Source of the DNA: Podospora anserina
Taxonomy: Eukaryota
Direction of reading: 5' to 3'
DNA: 64,000 nt
Assembly: GCA_017654855.1 (NCBI GenBank)
Contig: CM030335.1
Span: forward strand, 868,001-932,000
Shown: piece after piece, positions 36,433 to 48,303 of the stretch
Numbering within the stretch: position 1 is the first letter of the stretch
Layout of the letters: the number at the start of each line of letters is the position of its first letter
The notes under the pieces: model-generated
The model's database searches: none
The model's input: only the letters and a program-made list of their open reading frames with translations
Told to the model about the DNA's origin: nothing
Position numbers and translations under genes: made by a program

Positions 36433-38292
36433 ACGTATTTGATAAGCGAGCGGATCGGACAAGCGAGTGGATCGATTTCCACTACCCTATTACAACCATC
36501 CTCAATTGCAAAACAATAATACTATTAACCTACTATAATTATATCAGAAACAGCTGAATCAGACTCTTCTGTAACCTTCTGGTATGTACGGATATTATGG
36601 CCAGGCTTGCCGCACATATTACAGCACTAAACCTTCGTACGCCCTCCCCCTATATTACTACCACCCTGCTTCTTTCTTTGCGCCACCTCTCTACCTACAG
36701 CCTTCTAGTCCAGTAAATCCTATATATTTTATATAATAAGTAATCCTTTAAACTATACGTATATTTTTTTTACTCTCCGGCGCTTACTTAGTACCTCGTT
36801 TATTTTACGGAGCGAAGATACCTTTAATTAAAAGAGAGTTACTTAATATATTATAATTATTATATTTTTAATAAATTAATTTACTATAATTAATATTAAA
36901 GTTAAAAAGTTATTTTAATAATTAATAATATAAATTTTAATAAATATTAATTATAAATTAATTTTTTAAAGGTTTTATAATATTTAGAATACTTAAAGTA
37001 ATATTATATTTAACTTTAAAGATAAGGGTATAGATATATAAAACTTTATATTTAATTTAAAAAGTATTTTTTTTAAATTATATAATATAAAGTTAATATT
37101 TATAAAATTATTTTATATATTTTTTTTTTATAAAAGCGAAAAAAGTTTTATAGAAAGTATAAAGAAATTTGAATTTATTTATGTAATTAATATATATATA
37201 TATTAAGCTTTTAATTTAATAGTTATATATTTATTTTAATAGTTTAAAGTAATTAATATTAAATAATTAAAAAAAGTAAAAGAAATATAAAGGTATATAA
37301 AGTATAATAATATTATTTTATTAATAATAATATTTAAATTTAATTAAATAATAACTTTCGTAGTTATTAAAGATTAATAATTAAGATTTATTTTTTATAT
37401 AGAACGTTATATAATAATCGAAATATTTAATTTAATTTAGGTTTATTAGATTAATAATTTAATTATTATTAATAATTATAATACGTTAAATAAATAATAA
37501 ATTATATTTAGTATATTAATTAATAAAATAATACTATATAATTAAAATAATAAAAAATAAAATAATTTAACCGAGGGTATTAATTTTTTAAATTATTATT
37601 ACTTACTTATAGTTATTAAATTAAATTAATTTTATTTTATTAAAGCCGTCCGAAATTATAATTACTATATTTACGAAAATAATATTTATTATAAATTTAA
37701 TTTCGTCTAAATTATAAATATCGTTATTTATAATACTATATTTAACTTTAATATTTTATATAAGCGTTAACTATTCGGTAATAACTTTCGGATCTTTATA
37801 TTTAGCCCTTTAATAATTATATTTATACGTAAAATATATACGGAACTATAATTAACGTTTAATAAAATTATATATTTAGCGTTAATTAATAGGGAGCGTA
37901 TCGTATACGCGTAATAATTAATTAGTTATATCTTTTACGCTACTTAATTTAAGTAGGAATATATATATAGATAGCTTAAAAACGTACTAAACTATTATCT
38001 TTTCCTCTAGATTCGTTAAATTACGTAAATTAATTGGAATATCGTATCGTATAAGCTTATTAACGCGCCGGCGATAAAGGGTAGTATAAGGTATAAAATA
38101 GAGCCTCGCTATAGCTTTGAGGCTTAGTTTAGGGTTATTTTTAAGGGCTTCGAGTGTAAGAATAACTTTTGCTTTAACTAGAATCGAAGACATCTTGATA
38201 TGGTAGAGGAAATCGATGTTGCAGGTAGAGAGCTATATCGCGTACAAAATCGATCCACTCGCTTGTCCAATCCGCTCGCTTATTAAATACGT
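36433..38292 (-). mobile_element. Fot1/pogo-type DNA transposon (1.86 kb), RIP-inactivated
   Basis: ~46-bp TIRs ACGTATTT(G/A)ATAAGCGAGCGGATCGGACAAGCGAGTGGATCGATTT, TA duplication, transposase start at 38193 with HTH (SLKAIARLYFIPYTTL), C-terminal zinc-knuckle relic. Confidence 0.93.
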
Positions 38293-39316
38293 TATACAAG
38301 AAGTCCATAGATCTCCTGCCCCTTCTGTACGTCATACATTCATTTCCACGGTTTTATTGAGCACTTCAATGGTGTCCCGGTGTTCAGAACCTTTGCAAGG
38401 TGAGTAAAGGGGGTACGCAGGTAGTAAATGTATTTTCTGGTCTTGGTAGCCTGTGGCAGTACCAAGGCAAGTTTCAGGGTAGTTGCTTCGCCATCGTTGA
38501 ACGGGAGGAAGATACAACCGCCGAGTGGCTCAAGCTAATCAAAGAGACACCCAGGCGCCTCCTTAGCTGCCCTGTGTAAAGTGGTTGAGACTGGAAGGCA
38601 TGTCTCCCGAGATTACTCTATATAGGTATCGTTTCAAGTCCTTAGAGAGACCTTTTAGATACGAGATAACTCTATTACCTGGCCTTCAACGCCTGGTGGC
38701 TATCTGCAAACGCCTATTAACCATCTATAAAGCCCTTTTAACTCAGATTTGTGAAGGCCTACTCGGTTCCTGTAAAAGGGCCTACTCCCAGTAGCTGTCT
38801 CTAGGTGCATCTCGATTCATGACATGTCCAGCTGAAAAGGCACATGTCGTAAGTAGACGGAAAAGACAAGCGTTGGCATAACGTGATCATCGACTCGGCA
38901 AATTCGGAACCCTGCTCCCCAGAGCCAACCACTGAAGAGCCTGCCCATCAGCTTGGTTCAGAGCTGCATGGCGTAAGCTAGCGTTGCATTGCAGCAAATA
39001 CTACCACGAGGCGCAGAATATTGTCCACCACAAGCACGCAGTTCCTGACTGTTCAGGTAAGGCTTTCCCCGACTAATGCTGGTACACCCCTGGCATGCCA
39101 CGTAAAGGTGTGATGACTGATGACGGTTCCAGACTTGCTGTTGCGCTGGTTCGGATTCCCAAATCAGCACTATTGCACCATGGCTTGGAGAGCAGAATAT
39201 CAACCTAAGTATGGCTTAGTTCCTTGGTAAGGTGAAGATGACTGCAGTGGTATAAGAGGAGGTATTGCTTTGCCAGACATTTACAATCGGGTTCTTTCTT
39301 CTCTTCAGTCGCAACA

Positions 39317-41369
39317 ATGGCAGCCAAATTTACGCATTGCTTGACGGCCATTTTGGCCCTGTGCGCCACCCCCGCACTTGCTATTCCAGGTGGCGGCAAC
39401 AACAACAATCAAGATGTTTACGACTATGTGATTGTAGGCAGTGGACCCGGCGGATCTCCACTTGCTTCCAACCTCGCCAAAGCCGGATACTCTGTCTTGC
39501 TCCTGGAGGCAGGCGATGACCAGAGCAACGATATTGGAACACAGCTCATCAATGTCGGCAGTACGTCCAATGCCAACCGCTGGGGATTTTACGTGAGGCA
39601 GTATGGCGACGACACGCAGCAGCTGAAGAACAACCACCTGACATGGAGACGTGCTGACGGGACCTTGTTCGTTGGCAATGGAAGCTCTGCTCCAGCTGAT
39701 GCCACGCCTTTGGGTGTTTTCTACCCCCGCGGCGCGACTCTCGGTGGGTCGTCGGTCATCAACGCCGGCGTTACAGTGTTGCCCAGCAAGAGCACCTGGG
39801 ATGAAATTTGGAGGAAAACGGGTGACCGCAGCTGGAGGTTGGTGATCCCCTCACAAGATATGCGGCTTTGTCGAGAACTGACAATTCCACAGCGGTGACA
39901 ACATTCGCAAGATCTTCACGCGTGTTGAGAGGAACCATTATCTCCCACCCGGAACCCTGGGCCATGGATTCAATGGCTATCTCGACATCAACGGAAATGA
40001 TGGCGAGGTCTACTCTCGCAGTCCCGGCATTCTCTCCGTCTTCAGGTCTATGATCGCATCCATCGGCGGCAACCCCAACAACGCACTCACCGATGTGACT
40101 CGCGATCTCAACAACCCCTCTCCATCTCGAGACACAACCCAAGGTCTTTTCGGCCTTCCTTTCCACGCCAACCAAACCTGGGGTCGTTTCAGTGCCCGCA
40201 CCATCGTCCTTGACACTCTGGCTGCCAAAAAACCCAGTGGATCTCCTCGCTACCCCCTGACCCTCAAAACAAACAGCCTCGTAACCAAAGTCCTCTTCGA
40301 CAGACCCCGAAACAAGAAGCCCCGTGCCATCGGAGTCGAGTACCTCGAAGGACAATCCCTCTACTCGGCCGACGCCCGCCACAACCCTTCCAACACAGGC
40401 ACCAAACGCACCGTCAGAGCCCGCAAAGAAGTCATTCTCTCCGGCGGCGTCTTCAACACCCCGCAACTCCTCCAACTCTCAGGAATCGGCCCAAAAGAAC
40501 ACCTCCGCTCGCTCAATATCTCCGTCCTAGTCGACCTCCCCGGCGTTGGCTCCCGCCTCCAAGACAACCCGGAATACCCCGTCGTCGGCATCGCAAAAGA
40601 CAACCAACCCTTCTTCACGATCCCCATCCCAGGCGAGCCAGAATGCTTCTTCGGCTTCGGCCCTCCCGGCGTCCCAGATCCGTGCATCGACCTCTGGTAT
40701 CAGGGTCTTGGCCCCTATGCCCGCCCGGCGGCAAACACAAACGCTTTTATGCTCAAGACGAACTACTCCGGTGACGGGGAGCTTGACATTCTCGTGTTTA
40801 GTCTGGCGAATTTTGCGTTCAGGGGGTATTGGCCCAATGATGCGGCTGTGGCTATCCCTCCTGATCCGTTGGGGGTGTTTGGCTTTTCGGTTGTAAAGAT
40901 CAATCCTATTTCCCAGGCGGGGACTGTTAGGTTGAGGAGTGCGAATCCGCAGGATACTCCCCTGATTAACTTTGAGATGTTCCAGACGGGGGCTGATCAA
41001 GATTTGGGAGCGTTGGCTGAGGCAGCTGCTTGGGGGAGGAGGGTTTATGGGAATGTGGAGGGGCCGACGGGGCCGATGACGACTACTGAGCCGCCTTGTG
41101 ACGGGGGGACGGGTTGTTTTGCTGGGGATAAGGAGTGGGCGAGGGATCAGAGTTTTGGGCATCATGCTACTAGTACTTGTGCTATTGGTGGGGATAGGGA
41201 TCGGTTGGCGGTGTTGGATAGCAAGTTTAGGGTTAGGGGCGTGGATGGGTTGAGGGTGGTGGATGGGAGTGCGTTTCCCAAGACGCCAGGGGCGTTCCCG
41301 GTGCTGAGCACGTTTTTGTTGAGTGAGAAGGCGAGTGTGGATGTTTTGGCGGATGCTAGGCGGTGGTGA
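39317..41369 (+). CDS. Secreted GMC oxidoreductase (AA3), intron ~39838-39892
   Basis: Signal peptide, YDYVIVGSGPGG, RGATLGGSSVIN, GHHATSTC, GLRVVDGS. Confidence 0.92.
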
Positions 41370-42161
41370 GGTTTGGGCGATGTGGCGCTGTCGGTGCCTA
41401 CCCTAGGTATCTAATGTAACCAATATCAGAATAGGTACCTTGCTTTCGTGATCCAAATGGTTTTCTGCGGGCATCAGGTTTGGTCAAGGTATCCCAACAT
41501 GTTTTCCTGAGAAGTCTCCTTTGCAAATCGGCATTGGCACATTGTTTCGGCCATGACTACAAGGAAGGCGTTTGATGACAGTCAGACCAATCTTCATTCT
41601 GGTATAAAGGGGTCACCTCCCTGAACCATCTCAGAGCCCGAAGAGGTCTTGTGGAGGACTTGGCTGCAGCAGAGGCTGGTCCAGCCCTAGGAGCAATTCA
41701 TGGCACACTCATCATACCCATACCAAGTCCATCTTAAACGACATATGATAATAAATTTGGGATGGTCTCTTGCTGCTCTTTGCGATATCCTCGCCAATTA
41801 ACTCAGCATGTGCGTCATTTCAGGAGCCTCACAGTCTGGCTGTTATCATCGAGTCTTCCCACATCCTGAAGTGAATGGGTCGACTTGTCGACCCATAGAT
41901 TCTCTTTCCTTTCCAACGATGGATTTGTTCCCCTTTATCCCTATACCAGACCTCACGAGAGCTTGTGATTTTGTGAACCTCCAGCCAACTACACATCCGC
42001 GCTCTCCTTCTCGTTTTTAGACATCTTATGAGAGCTATCACATCTTTCATTTCAATATCTTGGCAAGAGTAGGTTCTTATAAACGCAGAACAACGAAAAG
42101 CATTCCTAACATAACTTCTTTGGTAATCCTGAATTTCTCTCAACCATAGTCTGTTCCCAAG

Positions 42162-43337
42162 ATGCAACGCTTTGAGCACTTCCCGTATCTCCCTCAGGAA
42201 CTCAAGGATCAGATCTGGGGCTATCTTTGAGGAAGCCAGAGCCGGGCGCGCATATTTTCGCCCTACTGAACCACCACCTCTATCATTTATACAGAGCTGA
42301 GCTACAGCGATCTTGTCGACAAGATACGGGTTCTGAAGCCAAATGCCACACCAGCCGCCGCCAACGAGATGGTCACTCCCCAAGAAACAGCAACTTATTT
42401 TGGCTATGCCTTGTCGACCACAGCAACCAGGAACTTCTCCGCCTACATCTTTGAGAACACAGTCGAGGAAAGCTGCGCCGATGCTTGCCGTGAGATAGCA
42501 CGGCTCGGCCGCCTGGGGAGGTTGCCAATGGGCAGAGTTGCGGGCAAAACACGGGAGATCGAGATTCCTCTTGACCCCTTGGACAGCCCGAGCACCCGCC
42601 GGGTCTCGATTGATAGGTTCAAAGACTTGATTGTCGTCATTGGTGATGTATTGCCCAAAGAGATACCGATGCCGAGAAGTTTCTTGGTGCCGGAACCGAA
42701 GTGGGCACATGCCGTGCCATTCTCTGCCACGCACATCGCCATCGAGTTCAATCCCCAATGAGTTCAACCCAATGAGGACTTCGACTGGGGTCCCAAGGAG
42801 TACCACGGCTTCTACGATTTCGACGTCAAGTACAGCCTAACAGTGGCCAAGCAGTACTTTCCTAACTTTTGGATCATCGACCGGCATATCAACAGACCCA
42901 GCTACGGCATCCCAGCCCCTCCCAACCGTCGGACCTTTAACGCCAAGTCAGGTGGTTTTGTTGAAGTTCGCCGCCGGGCTGACGGTCCGAAGTATGAGTA
43001 GTGGTTTCAAAAAACAACATGTAGGGGATGGCGGCAGGTGGAGAACGTCAAGGTTGCTGTCCGCCCTGGCATCTAGGAGTACCACGACGGTAGGCCGCTC
43101 GATGATTCCCGCCATGCAAATGCTTTCGATTTCAAGGACGAGTTGAAACGAATGGAGACATCGCGGTATGTCTGGCATGGCGATGAGGACGACTTGATTG
43201 TCATGTCCAAAATTATCGACCGGGATGACCCTGATTATCGTGACGACTTGGAAAAGATACCTGCCCAAGATCTGGCTGAGATCACGGAAGGCTACCCCAA
43301 TTTGGGAGTTCTTGCTTGGGAAGAGGGTTGTTTTTAG
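42162..43337 (+). pseudogene. 2EXR-like domain gene, multiple frameshifts
   Basis: MQRFEHFPYLPQELKDQIWGY then a frameshift into LRKPEPGAHIF; fragments continue in changing frames to VLAWEEGCF*. Confidence 0.7.
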
Positions 43338-45197
43338 GGTTTGGGGATAGGGGGGAGTATGAAGGATTTTGTTTATTCTGTCTGTAGTCTGGGGTATAAC
43401 TCGCTAGGAAGTTGCCCATAGACATATTAAACTGAGCATGGGTTATTCCTACTTCAAACATTCACAACATCTCTTCAACATGTATGTTTTCTTCGTGCAG
43501 ATGTATGCCCGACTCATTCGCTTAGAAACACTGCGGACATGCAGTTCCGACTCTGTTTCAGTTCATAAAATGGTCGCTATTAGCAACTGCGGTACTCTGA
43601 GTCATGACCGTAGAGTAAGTGTGTGCTCTTTGCAATTACCCCCAGTCTTTTTGGGTAGGAAGGTATAAGACGTTATCAGCTTGTTCTTGTGGCTCTGCCA
43701 TCAGCCCATCCCACAGGCGCAAGAGGTCTTGGCATAGCCTTTACACATACTGCTAAAAGGTTTCAAGTTCACTCACGGTGTGTGGGGCAAGCAATCGGTG
43801 AGTAAAAAGAGGCAGATGAAACTTCCGATGCAAATAACGTACTTACTGTATAAAACCAAAGAAAGCCAAAGGGTAGCTATGGTAAAAGACGATAACCAAC
43901 AAAACCCTTAGAGTAACTGGTGTGTGGCTTTTAAATCAAGTGGGCCATGCCTTTCTACAAGATACCTTATTAATATCAACTTTTTCAAGCGTTGCTCCTC
44001 GAAGATTCACTTTCCAGCGTGGCCATGAGGTGAATTGAGGGTGGGTCATGTCTTGAAGCTTGACCTGCTCCAAACTGTAAAGTGAATAACGTATTTAATA
44101 AGCGAGCGGATCGGACAAGTGAGTGGATCGATTTCGTACGCGATATAGTTCTCTACCTGCAACATCGATTTCCTCCACCATACCAAGATGTCTTCGATTC
44201 TAATTAAAGTAAAAGTTATTCTTGCACTCGAAGCCTTTAAAAATAACCCTAAGCTAAGCCTTAAAGCTATAGCGAGGCTCTATTCTATGCCTTATATTAC
44301 CCTTTATCGCCGGCGCGCTAGTAAGCCTATACGACGCGATATTTTAATAAACTTACGTAATTTAACGGATCTAGAGGAAAAAACGATAGTTTAGTACGTT
44401 CTTAAGCTATCTATATATATATTCCTACCTAAATTAAGTAGCGTAAAAGATATAACTAACTAACTATTACGTATACGCGACGCGCCCCCTATTAATTAAC
44501 GCTAGGTATATAACTTCGTTAAACGTTAATTATAGCTCTATATACGTTTTACGCATAAATACGACTATTAAAGGGCTAAGTATAAAGATCCGAAGATTAT
44601 TACCGAGTAATTTACGTTTATACGGAATATTAAAATTAAATATAGTATTGTAACGAACCCCTGTATAGAACCTTTAAAAGGGATATAGGTTAAAGGTAAT
44701 TTTTAATAATTAGTTCGGTGTAACTAGATAGTGCATAATAAAATGTTTTAATATAAATATAAAATGCTATAAATATAAGTTTAAATTATATATTACGGAA
44801 CTGTTTATCTATATTAGCTAGTTCCTCCGTATATATAGTCCTTATACTAAGCCGTAATTAGTTTTTTAAGGCTACTAATTACCTCGGTTTAATTTACTTA
44901 GTACCTTAATTATATGAATTACCTTTATTTAGTTTATTTAGTACTTTAATTATATTAATTATTTTATTTAATTTACTTAATACCCTAATTATATTAATTA
45001 CTTTACCTTTACTATAATTAACTTCCCTATACGTTCTCCCGATTAACTCTTTATTCCTATAGCCCTATAACCGTTTTATATTAGGGTTATAATATAATAT
45101 TCCCCCTCTTAAATTAACGCTCCAATAATTTAACTCGTTTATTTTTCTTATCGATAATTTTAAATAAATTTTCTTCCTTTATTACTATCCTTCTATA

Positions 45198-45794
45198 ATA
45201 TTTAACCGCATTAAAAAATCTACGCTAAAAGGTCCCTCGAATATCCTTCGCCGTTAAAATCTTATAGCCGCTATTTTTATTTTCGGTAATAAAATACTTC
45301 CCTATTCTTACTATAAGGCCCTTAATATCCCCGATTACCGCACTTCCGAACGCTCCTTTAAATATAATTACTATATATATTCCGGTTACTCCGATTATAA
45401 TATTTTAGGCCTTACTTTTACGTTAATAACTTCTTTATATTACTAAAAAAAGAAACTAAACGCCGACGAATAATAAAGTTATATAGCTATATTATAAATT
45501 ATTTCGAAACTTTTACGAATAAATATTTAGCGTTATACTTTAGTTATTACATTCCGTTACCTAACCGCTCGCGAAAAGCGGATAATTAAGGATCTAAAGC
45601 GGAAAGAAATATAAGCTTCTTCCGCGGCTAATCCTCCTTTAGCCTCTTCCCTTAACTAAGCTTCCGATATACTAGACTAACCTAATTAGTCCTTACCGGA
45701 CGATCTATCTTTTAATCCTAATATAGCCGGTCTTTCTTTCCTCGCTATTTAAAATACCGTTAACGGCATACTTTCCTTTTTTTAAAGTAATTAA
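45198..45794 (+). pseudogene. Antisense accessory ORF of Gypsy subfamily 3 (199 codons, intronless), RIP-damaged
   Basis: One frame, only TAA/TAG stops. De-RIP ~LPCSYCKALxIPDCRxSERSSKCxxCxxSGRSDCxxLG, coiled coil (KLLRIxIQR...REKRxIxDLxR), acidic/Trp tail. Confidence 0.75.
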
Positions 45795-47384
45795 GGCGTA
45801 TAATATTACTTATATTTAATCCCTTTTATATTTTCTAACTTTATAGTATAGTATATAATACATTAATTATTATATTAAAAATATAAGTTCGATTCTTATT
45901 AAAATTTTCGACTTTTTATATTATTATTATTTAACGGTAATTTAAAGATTTTTTTTTATTTAGGTTTTAATCGGTTTAAATATTATTAATAAAATTTCTT
46001 TTATTTATTTAAGTAATTAAAATTTACCTCTAGCTCCTATAAATTATTTATAATTAAATACTTTAATTAATTAATTAAATATTTTAATTAATTTTTATTA
46101 AACCGTAAATTTAATATTTCCTTTATATTATATTTTTCTTTTTCGTTCTCCGCTATAGCCTATATATTAGTTTTACTTACGTATAGTACGGGTTTTAAAA
46201 GTGAGATATAAAAGGTATATAATTATAAATATATTATATTAAATAATTTTAATTTAAATACCGTTTTTAAGATTTTCCTTTTAATTTTAAACGGGCCTAC
46301 TCTTTTATAGTCTAGTTTCTTATTAGGTTTTTTAGTATATAAATTACGTATAGAAAGGAATATTATATCCCCTCCCTTAAAGCAAGGTTCCTCGAGCTTT
46401 TTAGTATTATAATATTTCTATATCCTTTTTTTTATAAACTTTAACTTTTATTTAAATTTATTATAAAATATATATAATTTATTTACTTTAATTTTAGCCC
46501 TAAATACTTTTATATTTAATTTTTACCGTAAGTTTACTTTATATGTAAAATTTATAAAAAATAATATAGTTTTAATTATTTTAGTTAGTAATATATTATA
46601 TATTAATTATATTTTAAATAATAATTTAATTTAATTATTTTATTCGAAATTAATATAATTTTATAAATATTATTTTACAATTTATTTAAACCGTTCCGTT
46701 TAATAGTTCGTTTAAGGGTAGTAAACCGAAAACACTTTATTTATTACTCCGAGCCTCGTTATTAACGCTTTTTAAAATTTTAATACAAATTTAATATCGC
46801 GGTCTATAATAATTTTTTTCGGCTATATATATATTAATATAATATACTATAGTACTATATTTGTTAATTACTTTACCGATTAAGTTTTTTTATAAAGTAA
46901 AAAATATATTTATTTAATAAACTTATCGATTACCGTTAATATATTATTATATTTAACGCCGGTTATTATATTTTTTAATTTTAATAATTTAATAATAAAG
47001 TTTATTATAATTAAACTCTATAATTATTTTATTATTATTAGCTAGTAAGCCCTGATAGGCCTATAATATAGAACCTATATAGGGTTGCTGTAAAATACAG
47101 CAGTGCGTAAGCGGAGGCAGGAGGATACGACGGCAGTACCGAAGGAAGGTAAAGCACTGTGTAACGAACCCCTATATAGAACCTCTGAAAGGGATACGGT
47201 TAAAGGTAACTTCTAACAATTGGTTCGGTGCAGCTAAATAGTGCACAACAAAATATCTCGATATAAATATAAAATACCGTAAATATAAGCTTAAATTACA
47301 TACTGCGGAACTATTTATTTATACTAGCTAGTTCCTCCGTATATATAGTCCTTGTGTTAAGCCGTGATCAGTCTCCTAAGGCTA

Positions 47385-47515
47385 CTAATCACCTCGGCTC
47401 AGTCTGCTTAGTGCCCTGATCACACTGATCACCTCTGCTCAGTCTACTCAGTGCCCTAATCACACTGATCACTCTGCTTAGTCTACTCAGTACCCTAATT
47501 ACATTAATCACTCTG
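47385..47515. repeat. ~40-bp tandem repeat x3 in LTR U3 (CTGATCACCTCTGCTCAGTCTGCTCAGTGCCCTGATCACA)
   Basis: Visible in all three subfamily-3 LTRs, least mutated here. Confidence 0.85.
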
Positions 47516-47707
47516 CTTTTACTATAATTAGCTCCCCTATACGTTCTCCCGATTAGCCCCTTATTCCTGTAGCCCTATAACCGTCCTATATTAAAGTTAT
47601 AATATAATACTCCCCCTCTTAAACTAATACCCTGATAATTTAATTCGCTTATCTCTCCTATTAATAACCTTAAATAAATTTTCCTCCCTTATTACTATCT
47701 TTCCGTA

Positions 47708-48303
47708 ATATTTAACTATATTAAAAAATCTACGCCGAAAAGTCCCTCGAATACCTTTTACTATTAAAATCTTATAACTATTACTTTTATTTTCGGTAAT
47801 AAAATACTTTTTTATTTTTTTTATAAAGCCCTTAATATCCCCGATTACCGTACTTCCGAATGCTCCTCTAAATATAATTACTATATATATTCCGGTCGCT
47901 TTAACTATAATATCCTAAACTTTATTTTTATATTAATAACCTCCCTATATTACTAAAAAAAAAATTAAATACTAACGAATAATAGATTCGTATAGCTATA
48001 CTATAAACTACTTTAAAACTCTCGTAAATAAATATTTAACGCTATATTTTAATTACTAAATTCCGTTACCTAACTATTCGCGAGGAGCGGGTAATTAAAG
48101 ATTTAAAGCGGGAAAAAATATAAGTTTCTTCCGCTACTAATCTTCCTTTAACCTCTTTCCTTAATTAAACTTCCGATATACTAAACTAACTTAATTAGTT
48201 TTTACCAGATAACCTATCTCTTAATCCTAACGTAACCGGTCCTTCCTTCTTCGCTACTTAAAATACTATTAATAACGCGCCTTCCCTTTTCTAAAATAAT
48301 TAA
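47708..48303 (+). pseudogene. Second copy of the subfamily-3 antisense ORF
   Basis: Colinear with 45198-45794, with independent RIP changes. Confidence 0.72.

Noticed and set aside
39771-42806. Long minus-strand ORFs (39771-40475, 40527-41165, 41829-42806)
   Set aside because: Shadow ORFs opposite the GMC gene and 2EXR pseudogene, with no motifs.
47385-47515. Repeat array resembling CRISPR
   Set aside because: Tandem repeats without unique spacers inside a eukaryotic LTR; no cas genes.
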